64,000 nucleotides of DNA from an uncultured Solirubrobacteraceae bacterium (GTDB lineage: Bacteria > Actinomycetota > Thermoleophilia > Solirubrobacterales > Solirubrobacteraceae), in NCBI GenBank assembly GCA_963723325.1, contig CAVRQK010000018.1, positions 78,368-142,367 on the forward strand, read 5' to 3'. The translations under genes were made by a program, and so were the position numbers. Below, piece after piece: positions 10,227 to 20,209 of the stretch (its first letter is position 1; every line of letters begins with the position of its first letter). Below the pieces are notes generated by a model that was not told where the DNA came from, did not search any database, and saw only the letters and a list, made by a program, of their open reading frames with translations.

Positions 10227-11458
10227 GCCTCTCGGAGCTCGTTGAAGATGCGCAGGTAATCCCTGAGATAGCGCGGCGTGAGGAAGTGCTTGCGCACGTG
10301 TTCCTTGCCCTTGCGTCCGAGCGTGCGGCCGAGCTCGGGGTCGCGCAGCACCTCGAGTGTGCGCTCGGCGCACTGCTCGGCGCTGGAGACGAGATAGCCG
10401 GTCACGCCATCCTCGATCTGCAGCGGGATGCCGCCCACGTTGCCGCCCACGAACGGACGGCCCTTCCAGATCGCCTCGGACACCGTCAGGCCGAATCCCT
10501 CGCGGGTGGACTTCTGGATCAGCACGTCCGCATGGGACTGAAATGCGTTGACCTCGATGGCGCCCACGTTGTTGAAGTTGTTGAGGATGTGTATGTCGGC
10601 GTCGCCGTCGGCGTGGGCCACGGTGGCATTGAAGAAGTCCCATCCCTCGGGGTCGTCGCTGGCCATCGAGCCCACCAGCGCGAGCTGGACGTTGGGTACC
10701 GACTCCTTCACCTGGCGGTAGGCGTCGATCACGCCCAGCGGGTCCTTCCAGGGATCGAAGCGCGACACCTGGCAGATCAGCGGCCGGTCCACGTCGATCC
10801 CGAACTGCTCGCACACGAACGCCGCGTCTTCCGGCGAGAGCGCCATGTTCTTGGGAGTCAGCGGATCGATGGCGGGGGGCACCACGTTGATGTGGCCCTG
10901 CATGCCGGCGGGCACGTACTCACGCATGTGGAACAGCGACTGCGGATAGTCCTTGATGTAGGGCAGCAGCTGGGCGATCGTGTCCGGGTTGGGCGTGGAC
11001 AGGTCGATGTGGCAGCGCCACACCCAGCCCTTGGACTTCTCCGGCACCAGGTGATACAGCGCGGCCGGCTGCGGATCGTGCACCAGACACACGTCCCAGC
11101 CGTCGGAGAGCTCCTTGGCGTTGATCTCGTTGTAGTTGCGCCACGTAGCCCACTGCTCCTCGTCGAGGTCCTGGGGGGCGCCCTGCAACGCGTTGTGCAT
11201 CAGCTTGGTGGCGTTGAAGAACTCTTCGCGGCCATAGATCACATGCCACTCGCAGTCCAGGCCCACGTCGCGCATCAGCGGCACCAGCGTGTAGAGGATC
11301 TCCGAGACGCCTCCACCGAACGCGGTGGCCGACAGGTGAACGACGCGCTGGCCCTTCAGCGGCTCGGCCAGCTCGCGGATTTCCGCGATCAGATCGCGCC
11401 CGCAGATATGCGTGTAGTCGGCAAGTGTCTTGTGGCCTACGGCGACGGGCTGGAGCAC
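10223..11458 (-). CDS. treT: TreT-like trehalose glycosyltransferring synthase (GT4)
   Basis: SATAFGGGVSEIL, HDPQP, WRCHIDLS, SRFDPWKDP and EGFGLTVSEA. Confidence 0.85.
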   Translation of the reverse strand: MLQPVAVGHKTLADYTHICGRDLIAEIRELAEPLKGQRVVHLSATAFGGGVSEILYTLVPLMRDVGLDCEWHVIYGREEFFNATKLMHNALQGAPQDLDEEQWATWRNYNEINAKELSDGWDVCLVHDPQPAALYHLVPEKSKGWVWRCHIDLSTPNPDTIAQLLPYIKDYPQSLFHMREYVPAGMQGHINVVPPAIDPLTPKNMALSPEDAAFVCEQFGIDVDRPLICQVSRFDPWKDPLGVIDAYRQVKESVPNVQLALVGSMASDDPEGWDFFNATVAHADGDADIHILNNFNNVGAIEVNAFQSHADVLIQKSTREGFGLTVSEAIWKGRPFVGGNVGGIPLQIEDGVTGYLVSSAEQCAERTLEVLRDPELGRTLGRKGKEHVRKHFLTPRYLRDYLRIFNELREA

Positions 11459-11579
11459 GCGCTGGCACGATACCTAACCGGGGCGGCGAACCCGGTGCAC
11501 ACCGGTTGGCAGAACTTTGTGGGGATCGTGCGGAATCGACCTGCACGGTCGGCAGGCGGGCGAACTAAGGTCTAGGCGG

Positions 11580-13373
11580 ATGCTCAACGGGCGCCTTTAT
11601 CGCGTGGCCTTCGCACCGTTCCTGCTTGCGCTGGCGGTCGCCGCCTTCTCGCTGGGCGCCCAGCCGCGGGGGCTGTCCTCCACGCTCGCGCCGGACGCCT
11701 TCCAGGGAACGCGCGCGTTTGCGGAATTGAAGAGCCTGGCCGCTCGTTACCCGCACAGGCGTCCGGGCAGCGCCGGCGACGACGAACTGGCAGCGCACGT
11801 GGCGCAGACGCTCGAAGGTCTCGGCGGGGCGTCGGGCGGTGGCTTCTCGGTGCGCACCGATCGCTTCCAAGCACAGACGATCGACGGCGAACGCACGCTG
11901 GCCGACGTGATCGCGCAGCGGCCCGGATCGACCAGCGCCACCCCGATCCTGATCGTGGCCCACCGTGACGCCGCCGCCACGGGATCGGCCGCCGAGCTGT
12001 CGGGCACGGCGGCGCTGCTGGAGCTGGCGCGCGTGCTGGCGGCGAGCGCCACCAAGCGCACCATCGTGCTCGCCTCCACCAGCGGCGGAAGCGGCGGAGA
12101 TGCGGGTGCGGCACGGCTGGCGGAGAGCTTGCACGGACCCTTCGACGCGGCGGTGGTACTGGGTGACATGGCCGGTGTGTCCCAACGACGCCCATCGGTG
12201 GTCCCCTACTCCGACGGCTACGGCAGCGCTCCGCTGCAACTGCAGCGAACCGTGGACGACGCGCTCATCCACCAGGCGGCCTACCAGCCCGGCTCGCCCA
12301 GCCTGTTCGGGCAGCTGGCGCACCTGGCCTTCCCGCTGGCGGTTGGCGAGCAGGGAGTCCTGGGCCGCGAAGGCATCCCAGCGGTGCTCGTGCAGGTCTC
12401 CGGAGAACGCGGTCCGGCGCCGGGAACGGCTGTCAGCGCCGAACGCCTGGAAGGGTTTGGGCACGCCGCACTCAGTGCGGTGGATGCGCTGGATGGAGAA
12501 GCGAACGTGTCCCAGGAAGTGCAGCGCGGCCTTGTTCTGCAGCACAAGACGATTCCCGCGTGGGTGCTGCGGCTGCTCGTGGCGATGCTGCTGTTGCCGG
12601 TGTTCGTGACGCTCGTCGATGGACTGGCTCGTGCCCGACGTCGCGGTCTGAGTGTGGGGCGCTGGACGCTGTGGACGTTCACGTGCGCGTTGCCGTTTCT
12701 GACCTGCGCTCTGTTCGCGTACCTGCTTGGTTGGCTCGGCATACTCGGCGCAGCGCCTGCGATACCGGCGCTGACGAGCGCGCTGCCGTTCGGCGGAGCC
12801 TTCGCCACCGCTGTGGTGGCGGTGGCGCTCACGTTCGCGCTCGCCTGGTTGCTGTGGGGAGCGCTCGTTCGGCGTCTCGGCTGGGGCGTTCGCCCGGACC
12901 CCGAAGTGGCCGGACTGGCGCTGCTGTTGGTGGCGTTTGGAGTGGCCGCGGTGGTATGGCTGGGCAACCCCTACGCCGCGCTGCTTGCGCTGCCGGCGCT
13001 GCATCTGTGGCTGCTGCTGGCTGCGCCCGAGTTGCGTCCCGCTCGCCTTGGTGGCTTTGCGCTGATCGTGCTGGCGCTGGCGCCGCTGGCGGCTGTGGTG
13101 TTCTTCTACGCCCACCAGCTCGAACTCGGGTTGGGCGGCTTGGCCTCGACCGCGCTGCTGCTGGTGGCGGGAGGCCACGTGCAGATGCTGGGCGCGGTCC
13201 TGTGGAGCCTGGCGTTCGGTTGTGCGGTAGCAGCCGCGCTCGTGGCCGGCAGGCCGCTACCGGCGCCTCCGCGCCCTGCCGGTGCCCGCGGCGAGGATGT
13301 GACGATCCGTGGGCCGCTCTCCTACGCCGGGCCGGGATCGCTTGGCGGAACGCAGTCCGCTCTGCGACGATAA
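11580..13373 (+). CDS. membrane protein: N-terminal TM, degenerate M28 peptidase-like domain, multiple C-terminal TM helices
   Basis: RRPGS.GD..LA..V and ILIVAHRD...SGTAALLELAR (M28 fold); hydrophobic C-terminal half. Confidence 0.75.
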   Translation: MLNGRLYRVAFAPFLLALAVAAFSLGAQPRGLSSTLAPDAFQGTRAFAELKSLAARYPHRRPGSAGDDELAAHVAQTLEGLGGASGGGFSVRTDRFQAQTIDGERTLADVIAQRPGSTSATPILIVAHRDAAATGSAAELSGTAALLELARVLAASATKRTIVLASTSGGSGGDAGAARLAESLHGPFDAAVVLGDMAGVSQRRPSVVPYSDGYGSAPLQLQRTVDDALIHQAAYQPGSPSLFGQLAHLAFPLAVGEQGVLGREGIPAVLVQVSGERGPAPGTAVSAERLEGFGHAALSAVDALDGEANVSQEVQRGLVLQHKTIPAWVLRLLVAMLLLPVFVTLVDGLARARRRGLSVGRWTLWTFTCALPFLTCALFAYLLGWLGILGAAPAIPALTSALPFGGAFATAVVAVALTFALAWLLWGALVRRLGWGVRPDPEVAGLALLLVAFGVAAVVWLGNPYAALLALPALHLWLLLAAPELRPARLGGFALIVLALAPLAAVVFFYAHQLELGLGGLASTALLLVAGGHVQMLGAVLWSLAFGCAVAAALVAGRPLPAPPRPAGARGEDVTIRGPLSYAGPGSLGGTQSALRR

Positions 13374-13380
13374 GGGGGCC

Positions 13381-14265
13381 TTGTCAACCCCCCTGTTCAC
13401 CTCCAGGGCGCCCGGTCCGGGGCTGCCGCTGCGCAGTGCGCGCCGCTCCAGACCTGCGCGCATGCTGCGTGTGCTGGCGATCGCGTTGATCGCGCTGGGA
13501 GCGCTGGCGCTGATCGACGCCGGCGTGACGCTCGTCTGGCAGGAGCCGATCTCGGCGCTGTATGCCGTGTTCGAGCAGAACCACCTGGGCGGCGAGTTGC
13601 AGCGGGTGGAACGCGCTCCGGTCCCTCCGGTCGAGCAGCGTGCGCTGGCGAGCATCGGCGACGTCAGCCGCCGCATCGAGTATCTGGCGCGTGAGCTGCA
13701 GGCCCACGCCGCCGACGGCAGTCCGGTGGGGCGGATCGTGATCCCGCGGATCGACGCCAGCTACGTGATGGTCAAGGGCACCGGCACCGAAGAACTCGAG
13801 AGCGGGCCGGGCATCTATCCGGAAACCAACTTTCCGGGCATTCCCGGCACGACCGCCATCGCCGGCCACCGCACCACGTATCTGGCGCCGTTTCGCGACA
13901 TCAACGAACTGTCGCCGGGCAGCCACATCGAACTGCAGATGCCCTATGCCGATCTCACCTACACGGTCATCGGGCAGCGGGTGGTTTCTCCCTACGACGT
14001 GCAGGCGGCCGTCTCGAAGGTGAGCTACAGCCGGGTGGTGCTGTCGGCCTGCACGCCGCTGTTCAGCGCCGCCAAACGGCTGTTGGTGTACGCCCGGCTG
14101 ACACGGATCGCGCCCAAGGGGGCGGCGCTGCGCCTCGGCCACGATCGGGTGCCGCGGGCCTTTGACGTCGCTCCAAACGCTCGCGCTCGCGCAGCCCGCT
14201 CCACGAGACGGCTACACGACGTGCTCAAAGCCCTCGATCGCAACTCGGCCTCCCCGCTCGTCTGA
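13381..14265 (+). CDS. class E sortase
   Basis: N-terminal TM; IAGHRTTYLAPF (His); LSACTPLFSAAKRL (Cys, Arg); start uncertain (TTG 13381 or ATG 13462). Confidence 0.88.
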   Translation: MSTPLFTSRAPGPGLPLRSARRSRPARMLRVLAIALIALGALALIDAGVTLVWQEPISALYAVFEQNHLGGELQRVERAPVPPVEQRALASIGDVSRRIEYLARELQAHAADGSPVGRIVIPRIDASYVMVKGTGTEELESGPGIYPETNFPGIPGTTAIAGHRTTYLAPFRDINELSPGSHIELQMPYADLTYTVIGQRVVSPYDVQAAVSKVSYSRVVLSACTPLFSAAKRLLVYARLTRIAPKGAALRLGHDRVPRAFDVAPNARARAARSTRRLHDVLKALDRNSASPLV

Positions 14266-15204
14266 CAGCACGATCCCCGGCGGGCCGTCCAGCACTTCGC
14301 CGATCCAGCTGACGGGCACACCGCCACACGCCGCCACCGCCTGCTCAACCGCGGTGCGGCTCTGCGGCGGCGCGCAGAAGCACAGCTCGTAGTCTTCACC
14401 GCCGCTCACCGCCAGGCGCCACGCCGGCTGCTTCAACCCTGCCGATACCTCGGCCACGCCCGCCGCCAGCGGCAGCGCCGCCAGGCGCACGCTCAGCGAC
14501 TTCCCGCTGGCGCGCCCGATGTGTCCGCCGTCGCTGGCCAGCCCGTCCGACAGGTCGATCATCGCGTGCACGCCTGCCTCGGCCAGCGCTCGGCCCTCCC
14601 GAAGCCGCGGCATCGGGCGGGCGGCGCGAGCGATCGCTGACTCGGCCGCCGGAGTGCGCTCGGCACGGCCCTCCATCACCGCCAGCGCGGCGCCGGCGCT
14701 GCCCAGTGCGCCTGTCACCCCGATCAGGTCGCCGGCCAGCGCGCCGTCGCGACAGACCAGGTCCTGCACCGCCTCGGCCCAGCCGACAGCCGTCACGGAC
14801 ACGGTCAGCGCGGGAGCGCCCACCACGTCACCGCCAAGGATCGCCGTGCCCGTCCGCTCGGCCAGCTTGCCCGCCGCGTGCACCAGCTCCAGCGCCCGTT
14901 CCTGCCCGAAGTCGACGGGCAGGCCGAGCAGCAGGTAGGCCTCGCCGGCGGTGGCGCCCATGGCGGCGAGGTCCGACAGGGCGCCGGCCAGCGCGCGATG
15001 CCCGACCTCGCTCGGCGTGGCCCAGCCCTCCTGCAGGCGGAAGTGAATGCCCTCCACCATGGCGTCGAGCGAGGTGACGCACACCGGCCTGGCGCGAACG
15101 ACCGCGGCATCGTCACCGATGCCGCGCACGACCCGTGTTGAGTGCTGCGCCGCGCCGCGGGACAGCTCCGCGGAGATCGCCTGGATCAGAGAGCGCTCGG
15201 CGAT
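14212..15204 (-). CDS. thiL: thiamine-monophosphate kinase
   Basis: GIGDDAAV, LSDLAAMGA, GGD, MIDLSDGL and GGEDYELCF; start uncertain. Confidence 0.92.
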   Translation of the reverse strand: MAERSLIQAISAELSRGAAQHSTRVVRGIGDDAAVVRARPVCVTSLDAMVEGIHFRLQEGWATPSEVGHRALAGALSDLAAMGATAGEAYLLLGLPVDFGQERALELVHAAGKLAERTGTAILGGDVVGAPALTVSVTAVGWAEAVQDLVCRDGALAGDLIGVTGALGSAGAALAVMEGRAERTPAAESAIARAARPMPRLREGRALAEAGVHAMIDLSDGLASDGGHIGRASGKSLSVRLAALPLAAGVAEVSAGLKQPAWRLAVSGGEDYELCFCAPPQSRTAVEQAVAACGGVPVSWIGEVLDGPPGIVLSDERGGRVAIEGFEHVV

Positions 15205-15211
15205 GACCGCC

Positions 15212-15430
15212 TCAGCGGTGCCGGTAGACGATTCTGGCGCGGTCGAGGTCGTACGGGGAGAGCTCGCAGCGCACGCGATCGCCCGGGAGGATGCGGATCC
15301 TGAAGCGCCGCATCTTGCCTGCCACGTGTCCGAGCACCACGTGGTCGTTGTCCAGCTTCACACGAAACATCGCGTTGGGGAGGGCCTCGATCACCTCGCC
15401 CTCGAATTCAACCTTGTCCTCCTTGGCCAC
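15212..15430 (-). CDS. infA: translation initiation factor IF-1
   Basis: [23 protein letters not shown]...[15 protein letters not shown]. Confidence 0.97.
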   Translation of the reverse strand: MAKEDKVEFEGEVIEALPNAMFRVKLDNDHVVLGHVAGKMRRFRIRILPGDRVRCELSPYDLDRARIVYRHR

Positions 15431-15548
15431 GCCGTATCCAATCTGGCCACGCGCCATGCGGCGGGCGACCGTTCGTTTGTGTGTCACGTCTCAAACTACC
15501 AGCGTGCGCCCTGTGACGGGAGCCGCCCGCCTCATGCCCCGCCGCGAA

Positions 15549-17762
15549 TCAGCCCGGTGAGGCGCCGCCGGTTTTCTTGATTCCCGGTTCGTTGGCCCCC
15601 GGCGGAGTCACCGGTTCGACGTGCACTTTCGGTTGCGGCGTGTGCGTGGGTGCTTCCGGTGCCGGCGCGCCGGTTTCGGCGCCGGGGGCGGTGGCTTTAC
15701 CGGGCGTGCCGCCAGCTTCCGTGTTGGTGGTGTTGGGGCTGTGCGCCTTGTGGGGCTTCTTCGCCTTCTTTTCTTCCTGGGCCGATTCCTGCGCCGCCTG
15801 CTGCAGCCCGGTGGAGGCGTATTTGCCGTAGAACGGCCGGTAGGAGATCGCTTCCTTGGGCTGCGGGAAGGGCACGCAGCTCTGGCCTTCGGTGACCGCC
15901 GCCATGTAGGCGTGCCAGATTTCCGCCGGCAGATAGCCACCCTGCTGAGGCTCGCCATGCACGTCGGTCATCGACACGCGCCTGTTGGGGTAGCCCATCC
16001 ACACCACGGTCGAATAGTCGGGCGTGTAGCCGTCCAGCCATGCGTCCACCAGTTCGCTGGTGGTGCCGGTCTTGGCAGCTGTGGGACAGTTGATGGCAGA
16101 GCGCCCGGCGGTGCCGCCGAGCACGTTCTGGTGAAGGATTTCTGTCTCCTCGGCGGTGACCCCTTCGCTGAGCACCTTGACGCGATGGGGGGTGCCCCAA
16201 CTGCTGTCCACGCGCCCGTCCGGAAACACCACCTTGGTGATTGCGATCGGCGAGTTGCGCCAGCCGCCGTCGGCCAGCGTGGCGTACACGTCGGCCATTT
16301 CCAGCGGCGTGACTCCGTATGTGAGACCTCCCAGCGCCTCGGCGGGGTAGCTGCTGAGGTGAGTTTTGACGCCGAGCTTGTAGGCCGTCTGCGTGACCGT
16401 TTCCTCGCCCAGGTCGGCCGCCAGCTGGGCGTAGACGGTGTTGTCGGAGGCGAGCGTCGCCTGCACGAGGTTGATCGACTTGTTGAGTGAGGTTCCCTCG
16501 AACGTCTTGACTTCGTAGTTGGGTTCGGCCGCCAGCCAGCCCTTGGGCAGCGTCTTTGACACGTAGTAGGTGCTGTTGGGGTCCACACCCCGCGACAGGG
16601 CGTCGGCGAGATCGATCGCCTTGAACGTGGAGCCGGGCTGGCGGTGCCCGTCGGCGGCCAGGTTGAACTGCGACTTCTCATAGCTCTCGGACTCGGCCAT
16701 CGCCTCGATGTCGCCGTTGGCGGGGTTGATGGTCACGATCGCCGAGGCGGGGTCTTCGGGCTCGTTGAGTATTTCGGCGATCGCTTTGCGCGCCAGACGC
16801 TGCATGTTGAGGTCGATCGTGGTGTAGACCTTCAAGCCGCCCTGTTCCACCGTTTTGCGCCCGTAGCGCTGCAGCAGCTGTTCGCGCACGTATTCGAAGA
16901 AGAAGTCCTCGCGCCGCTGGGAGTAGTAGTTGCCGGTGTGCACATCCAGCGGCGCGTGCTCGGCGGACGGACGCGCGGGCCGCGCTGATGTAGTGCAGTT
17001 CGGCCATCTTGTTCGAGCACCTCGTTACGCCGTTCGCGTGCCGCTCTTGGATCCAGGACGGGGTTGTATTCCGACGGCGCCTGTGGCAATCCGGCGAGCA
17101 GGGCGCACTGCTCGAGGTTCAGCTCGGACACCGACTTGTCGAAGAAGATGCGCGCCGCAGCCTGCACGCCCAAGCGCCGTCTGCCCGCCGAGCGTGCCGT
17201 AGGGAACGGTGTTGAGGTAGGTGGTCAGGATCGAGCGCTTGCTGTGCGTTTCGCCGTATTCGAACGCGTACTTGGCCTCGATGATCTTCTGCTTGAGCGT
17301 GTGCTCGTCGCCTCCCAGGTAGAGGTTGCGGACCAGCTGCATGGTGATCGTGGAGCCGCCCTGCACGGCAGCGCCGCGGGTGATGTCCTTGACGGCCGCG
17401 CGGAAGATGCCGGTCAGGTCGATGCCGTCGTTTTTGTAGAAGCGCTGGTCCTCGATCGCCACCGTGGCGTTCTTGAGGTTGGCGGGGATTTCACGCCAGC
17501 CGACGGGGGTGCGCAGCTCGTCGGACTGGATGAAGCCCAGGCGTGTGCTGTCGGCTGCGAACACCTGCGAGTTGCCGCCGCTGACGATCGCGTGCAGTTT
17601 GGACAGCGGCGGGGTGGAGTGAACGACGTGGGCGACGTATCCGGTGGCCGCAACGGCCGCGCCGACCAGCGCGGCCACGAGCACGCCGCCGCCGATGAAC
17701 AGGAGGCGTCGACCCCCGGAGCGGCCGTGCTGGCGCCGACGCTTTCGTGCTTGTGCAGACAT
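15549..17762 (-). CDS. class A penicillin-binding protein (transglycosylase + transpeptidase), apparent frameshifts at about 17170, 17010 and 16975
   Basis: AIEDQRFY, GGSTITMQLVRN, LAGLPQAPS, QPGSTFK, SDN and KTGT across frames. Confidence 0.9.
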
Positions 17763-17845
17763 CTCGCGACCATCGAGATTACCGTGCCGCGTTGTGCTTC
17801 TGTCCCGATTGCAACGCAATCGTCTCTAGTCTCGGTGCGAGCGCT

Positions 17846-19294
17846 ATGAACTCCGACACCGCCGACGCAGCCGTTCAGGCCGTGTACCCGACGATCGTGA
17901 ACCCAGCTGGCGAGCTTGCGGCTCCGCTGTCGCCTCGGAGCGCGCCCGTCGTGGGTTCGACCGCAGGTGTGCGTGGATGGCTGGCGCGGATGCGCGCCGA
18001 CGACGCTCGCACGAGCGCCGTGCGCGACAGCTGGCGCGCGCTGTGGTCCTCGCGCGTGCTGGTGTGGGCGTCGGCGCTCGCGACGCTGCTGACGCTCGGG
18101 TTCGGTCCTGTCCGAGGAGCGTTCAACCCGCCGGGGATCACGCGCGGCTTCGGCTGGCTGGGCAACCTGCTGGCCGCGCCGGTGGCGCATTGGGATGCGG
18201 CGTGGTACCTGGTGATCGCCCACTACGGCTACCGCCCGGATCTCGGCGTGTACACCGCTTCGCGGGCGGCGTTCTTCCCGCTGTACCCACTGGCGCTGCG
18301 CGGTGTTTCCACGCTCGGCGTGCCGCCGATCGCGGCCGGTGTGCTGGTGTCGCTGCTGGCGCTGGCGCTGGCGCTGTACGGCATCCATCGCCTGACCACG
18401 CTCGAGCTGGGGAGTGCGCTGGGGGGCGATCGTGTGGCCGCCGCAGCGCGTCTGGCGGTGATGGTGACGGCGTTCGCACCGATGGCGTTCTTCCTGTCGG
18501 CGGTGTACTCGGAGTCCCTGTACCTGGCGTTGTCGGTGGGACTGTTCTGGAGCGCGCGCCACGGGCGCTGGGCGCTGGTGGGCATACTCGGTGCCCTCGC
18601 ATCCGCCACCCGCAGCACCGGCCTGGTGCTGGCGCTGCCGGCGCTGATGATCTACCTGTACGGGCCGCGCCAGGATCGGGCGGCGGACTTCGTGCGGGCA
18701 GGCTGGCGCAGGTTGCTGCCGTGCTTCCGCGTGCGCGGCGACGTGCTGTGGCTGGGCACGATTGCGCTGGGTGCGGTGCTGTACGGGCTCTACCTGGCGC
18801 TGCTGGGCGGCGACGCGCTCGAGCCCTGGCGCGCGCAGAACGTGTGGGGCAGGCACTTTGCCGGCCCCTACGTGGGTGTGTGGGACGGGATCAAGGCGGC
18901 GTTCGATGGCGCGCGCCAACTGCTCTCCGGCCAGCGCCGGCACGTGTACTTCCCGATCGCGGCCGGCGACCCGTTCGTGAGCGCCGAGCACAACCTGTTG
19001 CTGCTGGCGTTCATGGGGGCGGCGATCCCGGCGGTGGTGGGCGTGGTGCGCCGGCTGCCGCTCGCATATGGCGCCTACGTGATCGTGGCGCTGGCGCTGC
19101 CGCTGTCCGATCCCGTGAGCGCCCAGCCATTGATGTCGCTGCCGCGCTTCCTGCTGGTGCTGTTCCCGCTCTCCATCTGGCTGGCGGCGTGGCTGACCGA
19201 GCATCCGCGCGCGCAGCGCCCGGCGCTGGTGTGCTCGGGCGCCATGCTGGTGTTCTTCGGAGCGCAGTTCGCCACCTGGCACTGGGTGGCCTAA
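17846..19294 (+). CDS. PIG-V-like GT-C mannosyltransferase family membrane protein
   Basis: HWDAAWYLVIAHYGY...AFFPLYP, YSESLYLAL and SLPRF; many TMs. Confidence 0.82.
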   Translation: MNSDTADAAVQAVYPTIVNPAGELAAPLSPRSAPVVGSTAGVRGWLARMRADDARTSAVRDSWRALWSSRVLVWASALATLLTLGFGPVRGAFNPPGITRGFGWLGNLLAAPVAHWDAAWYLVIAHYGYRPDLGVYTASRAAFFPLYPLALRGVSTLGVPPIAAGVLVSLLALALALYGIHRLTTLELGSALGGDRVAAAARLAVMVTAFAPMAFFLSAVYSESLYLALSVGLFWSARHGRWALVGILGALASATRSTGLVLALPALMIYLYGPRQDRAADFVRAGWRRLLPCFRVRGDVLWLGTIALGAVLYGLYLALLGGDALEPWRAQNVWGRHFAGPYVGVWDGIKAAFDGARQLLSGQRRHVYFPIAAGDPFVSAEHNLLLLAFMGAAIPAVVGVVRRLPLAYGAYVIVALALPLSDPVSAQPLMSLPRFLLVLFPLSIWLAAWLTEHPRAQRPALVCSGAMLVFFGAQFATWHWVA

Positions 19295-19297
19295 GCG

Positions 19298-20209
19298 ATG
19301 GACGCATCGCAGGATCCGCCGCGGGAGCACCCGATCGTCATCTACGAGGAGCTGCACGAGACCGATCCGCTGAGGTCCCCCACGACCAGCTGGCGGGCGT
19401 GGACGGCGCTGCCGGCGCTGCTCGGCGGGCTTGTGATCGCGGCGGTCGGCGCGCTGCTCGTGGACCTGCCCGCCGGCGCGCTGGGGGCGCATGTGACGAG
19501 CTCGTACACGCCGCCGGGGTTGGTCCTCGCCGACACCGTCGTGCAGGACCTGGGGTTCGTGTTGGCTGCCATCTACTTCGCGCATCTGGGTGGCAGGGAG
19601 GTGCGCTCGTGGCAGTTCGGGTTGAGGCGCCCGGGCCTGGGCTGGAAGTCCGCCGTGGCCAGGATCGGGATGCTGATCGTGGCGTTCATCATCTTGAGTG
19701 GGATCTGGTCGCTGCTGTTCAACCCCGGCGAAGACAAGCTGCTGGAAAAGCTCGGCACCAACGAAGGCACGGCGCTGCTGCTGTTCAGCGCGCTGCTGAC
19801 GTGTGTGGTGGCGCCGATCTGCGAGGAGTTCCTGTTTCGCGGCTACATGTTCACGGCGCTGCGCAACTGGAAGGGGACGCTGCCGGCGGCCGTGATCACC
19901 GGGCTGGTGTTCGGCGGGGTGCACGCCGGGTCCGCGCCCGCGCTCGACCTGATCCCGCTGGCGGCGCTCGGTTTTGGCCTGTGCCTGCTCTATCGCTACA
20001 CCGGATCGCTGTACCCATCGATAGTGGCTCACTCGATCAACAACTCGATCGCGTTCTCCAGCCTCGAGAACTGGGGTTGGCAGACACCGGTGCTGCTGGC
20101 GGCCGCTCTGGTGAGCATCGGGGTGGCGGTTCAGCTGTGCAAGCGCATCGGCCTGATCGCTCCGGCAGCTTCCCCCGATCCGCTCGGCAACATAGGATTG
20201 GGCGCATGA
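19298..20209 (+). CDS. CPBP (CAAX/Rce1-like) intramembrane glutamic endopeptidase
   Basis: APICEEFLFRG, FGGVH and AHSINN. Confidence 0.9.
   Translation: MDASQDPPREHPIVIYEELHETDPLRSPTTSWRAWTALPALLGGLVIAAVGALLVDLPAGALGAHVTSSYTPPGLVLADTVVQDLGFVLAAIYFAHLGGREVRSWQFGLRRPGLGWKSAVARIGMLIVAFIILSGIWSLLFNPGEDKLLEKLGTNEGTALLLFSALLTCVVAPICEEFLFRGYMFTALRNWKGTLPAAVITGLVFGGVHAGSAPALDLIPLAALGFGLCLLYRYTGSLYPSIVAHSINNSIAFSSLENWGWQTPVLLAAALVSIGVAVQLCKRIGLIAPAASPDPLGNIGLGA

Noticed and set aside
14212-14265. Convergent 54-bp overlap of sortase and thiL as antisense regulation
   Set aside because: Short tail-to-tail overlaps are common in high-GC genomes, and the sortase tail is low-information
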